From Microbotryum violaceum (taxonomy: Eukaryota), in contig CDLV01000009.1 in assembly GCA_001244265.2 (NCBI GenBank), positions 868,001 to 932,000 of the forward strand: DNA of 64,000 nucleotides. The letters run 5' to 3'. Below, in pieces: positions 40,601 through 51,700 of the stretch. Both the position numbers and the translations under genes were made by a program. The notes below the pieces were generated by a model, which was given only the letters and a program-made list of their open reading frames with translations, was not told the DNA's origin and did no database searches. The stretch's first letter is position 1. Each line of letters opens with the position of its first letter.

Positions 40601-41422
40601 ATCGGCGAGCTTCGTCGCCTACTGCGGAGCGGATTGGACAAAGAGCCGCATCATGCTCGAGATACCCGATCTTCCGACTACTTTGGACTTGCCGCTCGGG
40701 GTGAAAGCGAGTCGGACGCGCACTAGAAAGTGCACTTCCTGTATGAGTTCTGTATGATACTAATCGCCCCTGTATCTTTGCGCAGTCCCACTCGTCATCA
40801 ACGCATGGAAAGCCGACCATTTGGCGACGCTGATTCATCTCAAGCAGGAGATTGAGGGCATCGCGAGATCGAATGAAGGTGGCCGACCACTCAAGTTAAT
40901 CATCCACGGAGGCCAGGAGGCCCATTTGGTGGCGGATGAATTGGCCCAAGCCGATAGTTCAGTTATCCTCAGTCCGTCACGATCGTTCCCCGCATCGTGG
41001 GATGAGCGAAGAGCGTAGGTCATCGCGTTCACCAGGCCCCCGGATCTGTTATTCTGCGAAGACTTTGACTGATAATTGATCGCGGGGTCCGCAGTGTTGC
41101 GGAACCACCTTTGTCCCCCCAGAACGCAGCTACAATCCTGCACCTTGCCGGCGTGCGTCTCGGCCTCGGCGTGCCGGAGGAATGGCAAACTCGAACTTTA
41201 CTCTGGGAAGCCGCATGGGCTCAAAAGACATCGAGCGGGCACATCAGTCGTGCAGAGGCCATCAAATGGGTCTCGAGTAACTTGGAAGGTATGCTGGAAC
41301 TCGAGACCGCTGGAGATGGGGAACACGCGAACTGGGTCGCTTATGAGAGGGATCCGTTCGAGTTTGGTTCGAGGGCGATCGCTATCTCGAATACGCAGTG
41401 GGGGCATGTCGAGTTTGTTTAA
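37620..41422 (+). pseudogene. Membrane-anchored double-domain amidohydrolase (CE9-like) with disabling lesions
   Basis: Motifs GTKPTLIRNATIWTG, WLTPGIFDM|HSH, ILPGSGNSVGGQAFPIKLR, KVNTHCYE, FHHAHETY, KSDHPVLDSR and DADVVLWDSHPLALGA. In-frame TGA at 38191-38193, a 1-nt frameshift at ~40352 and a probable frameshift at ~37706. Confidence 0.75.
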
Positions 41423-42983
41423 GAATCAAAGTTGATATCTGAAGCATAGCGAGCCTATAATTGGAAACTCGATTGTATCCTGAAGACACCGACCGGGTAC
41501 GAGTACAGAGTTTCTCCTGCAACCCGAAAGATTGTCTTCTCGGCTCGCCAGACCACGACAGCAAGTCCCTGCACGCGTCCGCCTTCAATACACGATCAGA
41601 GCGAAGTAACAGACCTTGGTATTCGAGGCAAAGCTCCATGGATGGGCGATATTATAGAAAAATAACCAAGGAAACGCTCGTCTGCAAGGCGGGGATCGTT
41701 GACTCGCTGGGGCGATACTGGCAGCTGCAGAAGCTTGACTCGTGTCTGGCAGTTACGATGCAGGCACGTCGTGCGAGGTGACATCTGTCATGAGCGGTAG
41801 ATGTTGAATAATCTACCGGAGCCCTTGACGCATTCGAGTATGCAGTTACTGCCGAACAAATGTCAGTCAGCCGATGGTCTGTCGGTGGAGTGACGACTTC
41901 GGGAATACGGCTCTACAACTATCTGTGGCAGGCTGCCAACAGGATCGGAGTGGATGATATCCCCTCTGTCTAGAATTGAGCATGTCCAGGTTCGAATATG
42001 GCGTCAAGGGTCACAAGAATATCTGGCGCATGCTCACGCACGAGTAACGGCGTTCGCGTTGACTAATGAAGTGAAACTCCCACGAGCGCGGTAGCGAACG
42101 CAAGCATGATCGAAGCTCGCATAGAGGTTGTCTGGATTTGAGCAACAGGTCTAAGGGTGATGGGAGAGGTTAAGTGGAACAGGGCATGGGAAGTACCAGA
42201 GCGGAAAGGCTCCTTCCTAACGTTCGCATCACTTCCGGGTTATCGACCCGTGAGCCCCTATACAAGTTCTCACGCGACCGTGGCAGTTTGGGTGGGGCGT
42301 CGGCGGCATGGGCCGCGGAAAGCCGGAGACTTCTTGTCCAGATATTGCATTTTACCTGGATGGACCTGGGACACCTAGGCGTATGCAAGCTATTGGACCT
42401 TTCCGGCTACTGATCTCCGCAATCCTGAGCGGTTTCCCGAGGGTCGTATCCGCGAGTCGACGGAGGGCCGGTCCACTTTCTAGATACACAAACCTGATAC
42501 TTTGCGTAGCTCGAACATCTTGGAGACTCAAGGTTTCAGAATCGCGAGAACTGAAACTCACGGACACGCGCATCAAAGACTTCCTAAAGTGCGCGCCATG
42601 TCGGAAGCGAGACGGTCGCCACGCATGCACTGCATGGTAGGTTCCGAGCTCGAGGCTTCCGGCGTTCCGGGCTTCTACGACGCTCGGTCGGAAATTGAGT
42701 TCGTCTACCGAGCCGCACGGCGAGACCAAGGCTGGAAATTGCAATGCTTCAGTCTTCAATTTCACACGCATGCCGGAAGCATGTCGAATTGATGGGCGGC
42801 TCGATGGAATGCCGAAACTTCATCGGCTCACCGGGCCGAACTACGCCTCTGCAAGGGTCAGATCCTTCAAAGGTTGCGAAAGCTGCTGCAACAGACTGTT
42901 GATGTGTTCGGGTTCCTTCCAGATCATCCGAATTGTCTAAGTTTCCTAAAGGAAAGAAAGGAACGAGCGACGATCCCAAGGTA

Positions 42984-44298
42984 CAGTCAAACCTGAGGAA
43001 ATTTATATCGCCCAATCTTATACCTGTCAAAATTTATGGACTTTTCAATCTCCCGACTGACAGAACCTGTCCAATCTTATGCCTTATAATTTATGGGTTT
43101 ACAGGTCAAATTATAAGATAAGAGAGAGCCGGAAATGAGCGATTGATCAGGAATTGGCCTCTCCTTTGGCGTTCTTGTTGACGAGCCGCCTGCTGGAAGA
43201 GTCCGAAATGTCCCGAAACAGCCGAGAAGCGAGCACAGGAGAGCAAAGGCGGCGGTTGACACGTTGAAACTTAACAGGCTAGTCGCGACGTGCTTCTCTC
43301 TCCTCTTCCGCCGACAACGACGCCGAAATGAACATCTTCACAATCCGAGAAGCCTCATCAGAAACTTGAACTCCTCTTAATATCATCATGGTCTCATTCC
43401 CTTCCCGGAATTCAACTGCTGGCGCCACGCTCAAGTCTTGTCTGATTGCAAGAACAAAGGATCGACCGACCATACACCTCTTCCTAACGGTCGCGGGCCT
43501 CTCGATGGCGATTGCGGCATCATCAACGCGATGAACGCTCTGATGACGGCGAACGATGAGCTGGTCGAAAAGGGGATAGTTACGAACAACGAGAAGATGA
43601 GTATGTTATGGTGGTCCAGCGGATCTAGCGTTTGTTAGATTCTGTCTTTGAATAAGACTAGCTGGAATTTATGACTTTAAACTTTAAACTTTAAAATCCA
43701 CTTTCTCGTCGATGTGGAGGAGGAGAACCTTGCTGGTGGGGCTGAAATGACCGATCATCATTGCCGAAGAGTTGGAGGATAATTGCGAGGGAGAAGGAGG
43801 AGAGGAGGAAGTGGAGATAGAGCTCCGACCGGCGGAGCGAACGACGCTGAAGGAGGCAATCTCAGCGCTTGATGTTTTCCTTAGGTTTGCTATGAATGGG
43901 TACTCAGGTCCAGCGTATTTGATTTCTTTTGAGCACGAGGCTAGTAGGATTCGCAGGACTCTTGTTGCCGAGCAGGATGCCGCGAGGATTCAGACGACAA
44001 TGACTTGGTATTTCCAGCGTCAGTAGGTCAGGATATTTTTTCTTGGAGCTTTCAAAACTTGTTAGAACCATGCCTCAGTAGAGGCCGCACTTTGGCTGCA
44101 ATTCAGTAATTCGGGCCTGTCAATGTATCGACTCAAACGATGCACGAAAAGTCGTGATTTGATGTAGGAAGCTCAAATTAAAAACGGAGTTTCAGGTCAT
44201 AATGTAGTGATCTGAAGCCGGAGTCTCCAAGCTTATACCTGTCTTAATTTATGGGAAAATCCGTCCACCGAAAACATAAATTTTCTCCGGTCTGACTG
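42984..44298 (+). mobile_element. Internally deleted Tc1/mariner-superfamily (pogo/Tigger, DDE_1) DNA transposon, 1315 bp
   Basis: TA flanks at 42982-83 and 44299-300. TIRs CAGTCAAACCTGAGGAAATTTAT and rc CAGTCAGACCGGAGAAAATTTAT (20/23). Subterminal CTTATACCTGTC repeats. Transposase C-terminal remnants FNCWRHAQVL and EAISALDVF...QTTMTWYF. Confidence 0.9.
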
Positions 44299-44894
44299 TA
44301 CTATGACAAGTTGTGGGCAAGGCCCGTGCACCATAGCCTCCGCATGAAATCGGGCTTTGACTCCTGCCGGAGCCACAACCTGGCATTCTGCGAGGTCAAA
44401 AGCGCATTTGCTGTCTTTGCTCACAAGAATAGCTTCAGGCGTAATTGTTTGATACTCAAACCCGATTGAGTGCGTTGAAAGGCCCAAAGCGCATAGATCA
44501 CTGGCACTGCCGAAGGTTTCTACGTCACGTGTCCCTTGGTGCCCCATCATCGCCGTCGCGCTGCAAGGCTTTAAATCAGTAACAGGTAGGCGAAGCATCT
44601 TGTAAATGCTCAACAAGTCGGGGAAATTGCACTAAGCAATTGCTCTTTCAAGACCCAAGTGAACTGTACACCCTGATCAACGAAGGGTCACAACGAAGGG
44701 TGATTCAACCTATTACTCCGACTAGTCCATGGCCATAACTCGGTAACTCGCGTCGGCGGGTGGAGCGAATCCCACCCAACTCTGGCTCTGACTGCACCCA
44801 TCAACCAGCTCGATCCGGCAGCAGATCAGACTATCGCACGCTCCTCATCCTCTCCCTCCGGCCTCCGGAGACGGGCCAGGCCCAAGATCTGTGG

Positions 44895-47800
44895 ATGGCT
44901 TCGACGTCGGTTCATCAAGCTGAAAGTGGGACTGGGGCCGAGTTGGACGAGTCGAGCGTGGTCACGTCGTCGACGCGAGGTGGTTCAAGTCGGCTGGTGC
45001 TTCCCGACAGTCCGCCATTGCCATCGTCATCGTCGCAATTCCCGCCCTGGTCCACGTCAGCAAGATCACCGAGATCGACACGAATGTCGCCCATGGCTTC
45101 GACCTCATCCGTCTCGTCCTCAACCGGCGATGGCGTGGTTGAATCCGCCGCGAGTGCCGCCGCGCGCAGATGGAGGCACGCCGCCGCTGCAACGAACCAG
45201 TCCCTCTACGGACAGGAAGATACCGCCGCATCAACTGCATCGACTTCCATCCTCGACGTCGCACTGCTGCCTTTAGTTCCGTAAGTGCGACGAGGAGCCA
45301 AGGGATGGAGCTGTTGCTGCGTGTTAGGGGTGTGTAGACTGACGCGTGGTCTGAACACGCGCGCGCCCGTGGTTCATTTCACAGCCTGCCCCACCACCTC
45401 GCTCCCTATCTCACCGAATCTTCGCCCTTGACCCCTACGGAGAAGCGCACCCTGTTCACCTCGTGCTTTCTGCGTGCTGCATCGGCGAACAATCACGACA
45501 CTCTCGAATGGCTGCTGTCTATACCTCGTGATCCGACCCTTTCACATGCCGCGAATGCAGCCAACCACCGACGGCGCTTCTCCGCGGCGGGCAACATTGC
45601 GCTCGAATCCCTCGCCGCTACAACATCGTTGCACCTAGACGAGACCCACAACCTCCCCGATGACGCACCCCGGAAGTGGGTCGACATTGAAGCCGTAGAC
45701 CAGGGCGGCAACACTGCATTGGTTCTCGCCGCAGCGTTGGGCCACTCCGAATCTGTGCGAACGCTCGTCGAAGGCGGAGCTTCTGTTGCGCAAGGCGACA
45801 ACGCAGGATGGACACCGTTGCACTGGGCCGTGCAGAACAACGATCTCGCCATCGCCGCTTACCTCCTGAATCATCGAGCCAGCCCCAATGCCCACAGCAA
45901 GAAGGGTTTGACTCCGAGGGACCTCATCAACAGGAACGAGCACGGCACAGCGATGATGGATGTGTTGGATTCGGCTGATGCGATGGCGCACGAAAGGGAG
46001 AACGACGACAGTATGTTAGAAGAAGATGGGTCGAGCGAGATCGAAGAGGGGAGAGTGATGATCAGCGGTGCTTCGAGCGTCAGCGAAGGCAGAGCTTCGA
46101 AGACGAACGCACCGCCGCTTTTTGCAACGGGGCTGGGGACACCATGGCCAGGCGGGATAGAAAAGCTCGAGAAGGACAGGAAAGCCGTAGAGGCGCAGAG
46201 GATGACTGAATTGATCGCCGAGACGGCGATGTATCTCGAATTGGACGCGGGACTGCTCGGAGCGAAGAAATCCACCGAAACACAGTCCGTTTCGCCAATA
46301 TTGATGGTACGCAAACGTCTTGTTCGTTCCGGTGTTGTACTGGGAAATTGACACTTCTCGATCCCGCTTCACAGGGCCAAGTATCCACCGATGATCCGGA
46401 ATCGGACGAAGACGAGGAGCCGCCCCCAGAGTTTGATTGGGACGGATGTTCCCCGGACCAAATGCTCGTTTTCACCTCAGAGGACTTGCCTATACTTCTC
46501 GACGTCGTTGTATCCCACTTTAAGCCGGTGCGGCGGCGGAGCCAACGTATGATTCCGGCGAACGCCCTCTTCCTTTGTGCTCGCTATGCTCACCGATACG
46601 GGCCTCCCGAGTTGTTCGAGGAACTTCTCGTGGGGGCAATGGAGCGGATCGAAGCGGCCCTCCACGATCGGCCGGACGATATGGCCGTGTCGTTGTTCTG
46701 GCTATCGAACAGCTTGCTGCTGCTGTACTACCTTCGGAAGGACACACGGCTGTACAATGCGACCGAGCTGTTGAGAGTGCACCTCGCCGACCTCATTAAC
46801 GTGCTCTTCGTTTTCATCCTCCGCAACGCCGAGCAACGATTCGACAAAGTCCTGGACATGGCAATCCTCGAATACGAAGGTCTACCGGGCCTCGAAGATG
46901 TTGATTTCGAGGATGAGTGGCGATTCGTCAAGAAGCTCACGGGCCGGAAGAGTAAGAAGGCAGGAATGGTCAAGAGCTCGTCAGCTCGAAACATCTTTGG
47001 CGGGAACGACGTCACAATATCACCACTTCGCACTCCAAACTCGACACAGGCCCCACCACCACCCGCGGAAGCGACTCCTGCCACCGTCACCGCCATGCTT
47101 TCATCACTTCTTTTCGTCCTCCAAATTTATGACCTCCCGCCGTCGATCATCGTCCAGGCCTTTTCGCAGCTTTTTTACTGGATCGCATGCGAGCTCTTCA
47201 ATCGGCTCCTGACGCAGAAGAAGTATCTTTGCCGATCTCGAGCGATGCAAGTTCGACTTAATGCTTCTGCACTCGAGGAATGGGCGCGTACGAACCGGCT
47301 ACCTCGACGTATCGTGTCGCTTCATTTCGCGCCGCTTAACCATCTACTACAATGGCTGCAATGCCTGTCGAGCGAGACATCAGTGGACGGGATCATCGGG
47401 ACAATCCAGAACCTGCACGCGCTCAATCCGAGTCAGTTGCTGCGAGCGGCCAGGGACTATCGCTACGAAGTGGACGAGACCAAGATCGAACCTGAGTGCA
47501 CCGAGTACCTCAAGCAGATCGAGAAGCAATGGGAGAGAAGCAGGATACAAAAGATGACGGAAGAGGTCATCAATGGGGGTGCGAGAACGGCGTCACCCGT
47601 TCCGCCCTCGTCGCGATCGAACGAGAAAAGAGGGTTGCTGGATGAAGGCGCTGAAATAGATAGCTCACCCGAGTTGGGACGGTCACCGGCGCTTCGACCT
47701 CGCCCTTTGACCCCGGTCCAAAGAACCAACGGTGGCGTTACCCCTCCCACATCACCGCAATCAGCCGAAGCCGAAATCCTGGAAAAGGTGACCAAGATGA

Positions 47801-48354
47801 TCGATGAGGTATTTTCCGACCCCGAGTTGTTCGACTCCTACACCCCATCCGGCGCGGCTGAAGCTTTTGGAGAGCTCTTGAACTCCAAGTACATGCTCCC
47901 GTTCGCCCTCCCCACCTCGGCCGATTTACTGCTCCACTTCGATAGCCCCGACGCCTTCGGAGCCTTCGCGACGCCGACGTGGGGCTCTGTCGCCGGCTCG
48001 CATTCGCACGCGGGCTCAATCGTCGATCCAATGTCGCCCTCCAAAGCGTCACACGCGTCCAACACCGCTGCTTCTGATGCCGGGTCGATCATAATTCGAA
48101 CGGCTTTCGCACCGGTGTTGCCGGAGGAGTTCTTCAACCTGCTAGACGCCGCGAAACGACGCGCTCGCGTTGGTAACAACGTGGCGGAGGATCTTGCTGG
48201 AGGATGGAGGTCAAGATTGCCTTCAAGCGATGATGAAGAGGACGAAGATCCGGAGGAAGGGAACGCGTCGTCTGGGGCTGTCGATGGAGAAAGAGCTTTC
48301 GATTCCGTCGACGTCGATGCCACGCCTCGACTACCATCCTCAGCTACGATGTGA
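44895..48354 (+). CDS. Ankyrin-repeat plus Dilute (DIL) domain protein
   Basis: GNTALVLAAALGH and GWTPLHWAVQNN ankyrin repeats. FDWDGCSPDQMLVF and QAFSQLFYWIACELFNRLL...LCRSRAMQVRLNASALEEW (DIL). Two introns. Confidence 0.9.
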
Positions 48355-48781
48355 TAAGCATGTCTCGACCTTGGTCGACCTTGGCTCTGCACTCTTTTTG
48401 CCGAGATAGTCTTGTCCGTGCTTTCGCAGCTGGATCTATATCTCCATTCCTACTTTCACTTATGTTCAAATTGAATTTCGCATATCATTTTGCACGGAAA
48501 CCTTGGCTTGGGCGACTGAGAACCGCTCGGGAGCTGTAATTCTAGACAGCTGTTTTCGACTTTAACTAATCAGAGAGCAAGAAGGACAATTACTCAGAAA
48601 GAAAGAAAGGATACCATCACTCAGAAAGAAAGGACAAAAGACAACGAGATGCTTTTGCTATGACGACGAACGAAACCAGACCAGGACGCAATAGTTGCGA
48701 TTCGAGATTTTGACAGTCCGGTTATGCTTGCGGATGTGCGAAATGCGTGACGGATTGTGCGAGAGTTTTTTTTGGAAACTT

Positions 48782-51700
48782 CTAGTAGCTGCGTACACGT
48801 TTAAAAGCCCGTGCTAGGGAATCTAGTGAAATGGAAGTTGCCCATTTTAGTGCAGGCGCGAATCTTCCCTTCATTGGAGTGCTGTTACTGCAAAAGATCA
48901 TTCTCTCACCTTCCGCGCCATTCGAGATGGGCTCGGTCCCATCGACATTCATCGCATCGGCCGCAGCATGGCCCTTCGATACGACCTCGGGTTTTGATGA
49001 TTGCTCCTCTTCCCCATCCTCGTCGTGTTCCTCCTCCTCCTCGGCCCCAAGAGTCCTCAATTGAGCCTCCCTCGCAGCCAACTCATCAGCCAATCCACCA
49101 TCATTGGCTACGTCGTCGATCAAGTGCTCCTCCTCGTCAAGCTCTTCGACTCTCTTCAGCCTCTCTGCTTCGAGCCTCGCCGCCTCAGCCTCTTCTCGGC
49201 AAGTGCAAGGCGCCTCGACGAACGACTTTGTCGGTGCGGCTTGTTCCTTCGATTCCTTCTCGAGCAATTCGAGAGCGTCACGAGCGGCGAGTTGGCGTGC
49301 AACGTTCTGGGAACCGTTCAGTCGAGTTGCGATGATAACGTCGTGGATCACCGCCGTGGCTTCGTAGGTGCGCACCACTGCGTCGGGGACTCGAGTGACT
49401 TTGACTCTGGTCTTTTGACACCCGTTGGCTTGCGAGTGGATGAGCAAGCGACTCAGCGGGTCCTGTTCATCAGAGAACATGGGCATGTCAGTAAGCCCCT
49501 TCGAAATCGCTTTGGTCCAAATGTGACGGACCCTGGTCTCCACATTGCGCATCAATGGCATCACCTCGGCGTAGATCTGGTCAAGCGTGGCAAAGACAGG
49601 TTCGAGTCGACAGCCACCATCGAGGAAGATGGCCCCCAAGATGGCCTCAAACGCATCACCCAGAACCTTGGGCGGACTCCACAACCAAGTCATGTCACCA
49701 GTCAGAACCATCGCCCACGTCATGGATTCGGCCTGCTCCTGAGCCTCGAGCATCGCGAGCTCGAGCGATGCCGATCCGTGGAGAATCGTCTTGTGCAAGT
49801 CGAGCTTACGGATGGAGAGGAATGCGAGTGTCGGATTTGAAACGAGAAGGGCACGCATGAAGGTGAGATGCCTCGGAGTAGCGTTCTCGAACGCCTTGAA
49901 GATGCGGTCGGTGGCCCAATAGTCGAGCAAGGCGTCGCCGAGAAACTCTTCACGTTCGTAGCAATACGTTGTGGCAGCCCGACAGGATCGATGGGTAATA
50001 GCTTGCAAGAGTAGCCGGCCGTGTTGTTCGAACTTGTAGCCGAGACGACGCTCGAGGTCGAGCAATCCGACGGGCACTTCGGTCGCAGGAATCGCGGCGA
50101 TTCGCGCCGCCCCTTCGCGAAGGTGCCAAGGCGTCACGCCCCCGAAGCAGAGTCCAAATTGTTCTCCGACCCGCAAGGCCAGGGGCATACCACCCGTCTT
50201 GATCGCAGCACCCAACGTGCTTTCAATCACATCTGCAAGCGTCTTGCGGCCGATCTTTTTCAGCACCGCATCGGCAGCAGCGATCCTCGGATCCTCAGCT
50301 AGGATCTTGGGTCCTACTCCTCGGGTAGATTCTTCGGCGCTGGGTTCCGGCGGTGGGACCTCGGCATGTTCGGGGATCCAATGCGCAGTCAAGAACTTGC
50401 GGGCGAGGATCGCATTCGAGTAGCCTTTGGCGAGGTTTAGCGCACGCAAAAACGTATTGCTGACACTGTTCTGACGTACGACCGAAAGTCGTCCCTCGTC
50501 GGCTCCGGGGAACTGGAAGTAGATGTGAACCGTCGAAGCGAGCTTGAGGAAGGAGTCACCGACGGTCTCGAGGATCTCGTAGTTGGGTCCAGCCATGACG
50601 CTCGGGGGGGTCAATGCCTGACGCAGCAAGTCCCTATCGACCATGGGGATGTCGAAAAGCTCGGCTGTAATCGAGATGCGGAGGATATCGGTGATCAGCC
50701 TCTCGAGCGAGGGGATCATGGGGATGAAGGCCCAGAAGCGTTCGTCGAGCTTGCAGGTGCGACACATGCTGACGGGGTAGTTTCGAGTCGTCGTACGGGG
50801 CACGAACTCCTCTTGTTCACCCTCCTTGATCAGTGGCGAGCAGAGGTAGTTCGGTATGGCGACCGGGACCGAAGTCACCGTCAAAACCTGCTCGTCCGTG
50901 TCTTCTTCTAAGCCGTGGTACCTGTACGCGACCTTGATGAATATCCACCAAGCTGGGTATCGCTCGATGAGCCTCAAACGCTTCTTTTGGGCCGTTCCAT
51001 CGATAGCCATCGAGTCCGAGCGGGTTGTCACATCCTTCCTCACTTCATCGAGCCGAGCGACGTGACACGTTCCAGAGCTGAGAACAATGATACGCGAGCC
51101 AGGCTCGACAGCGTTGGTATCGACCGGAACAAAGGCATTATCGAGCATGTCCCAGTCGATCGAGGACGAAGTTTGTTCGAGAGGAGCCCATAAAAGCTCA
51201 AAGTCGGCATCGGTGGGGATGCGTCGATTAATGACGGCCCGCGTCATCTGCCGATTGACCTCCTGAAGCAAACTCAAACGTGCCTGGCGCTGGTCTTGTG
51301 AGTTCCATTGGATTGCTTGAGCTGCGACAACTTTCATGACGATCTTGTCGCCTTCAGGAGAGACGAGATCCTTGGCGTCCGCTAGAATCGATCCGAGACA
51401 GCGATCCGTGACGAAGCCGATTCGATAGGGTTCGCCGACAGCGGGAGACAGTTCGACGACGTGCAACGTCTCTGTTGCCTCCTGTGAGCGACCGGGAACG
51501 CCAAGCAAGTTGTGGAAGGCGAGTCGCACCTCGGGCTTGGGTTTCTCAAAATCGTCCAAGGCTCGACCGTAGGCGTCCTTACCCGAATGGCCAAGTCGCT
51601 CTCGTATCGGAAGCATCCACATGTCAATAGCACCGACCGTGTGCAGCGCTAGACAGGCTTGGAACGCGACGGACTGCTTGGCGACGCGTTTCGAAGGGCA

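Noticed and set aside
41800-42950. Coding-like fragments upstream of the pogo element
   Set aside because: Stops in all frames and no family signature I can support. Noted only as part of the accessory island.
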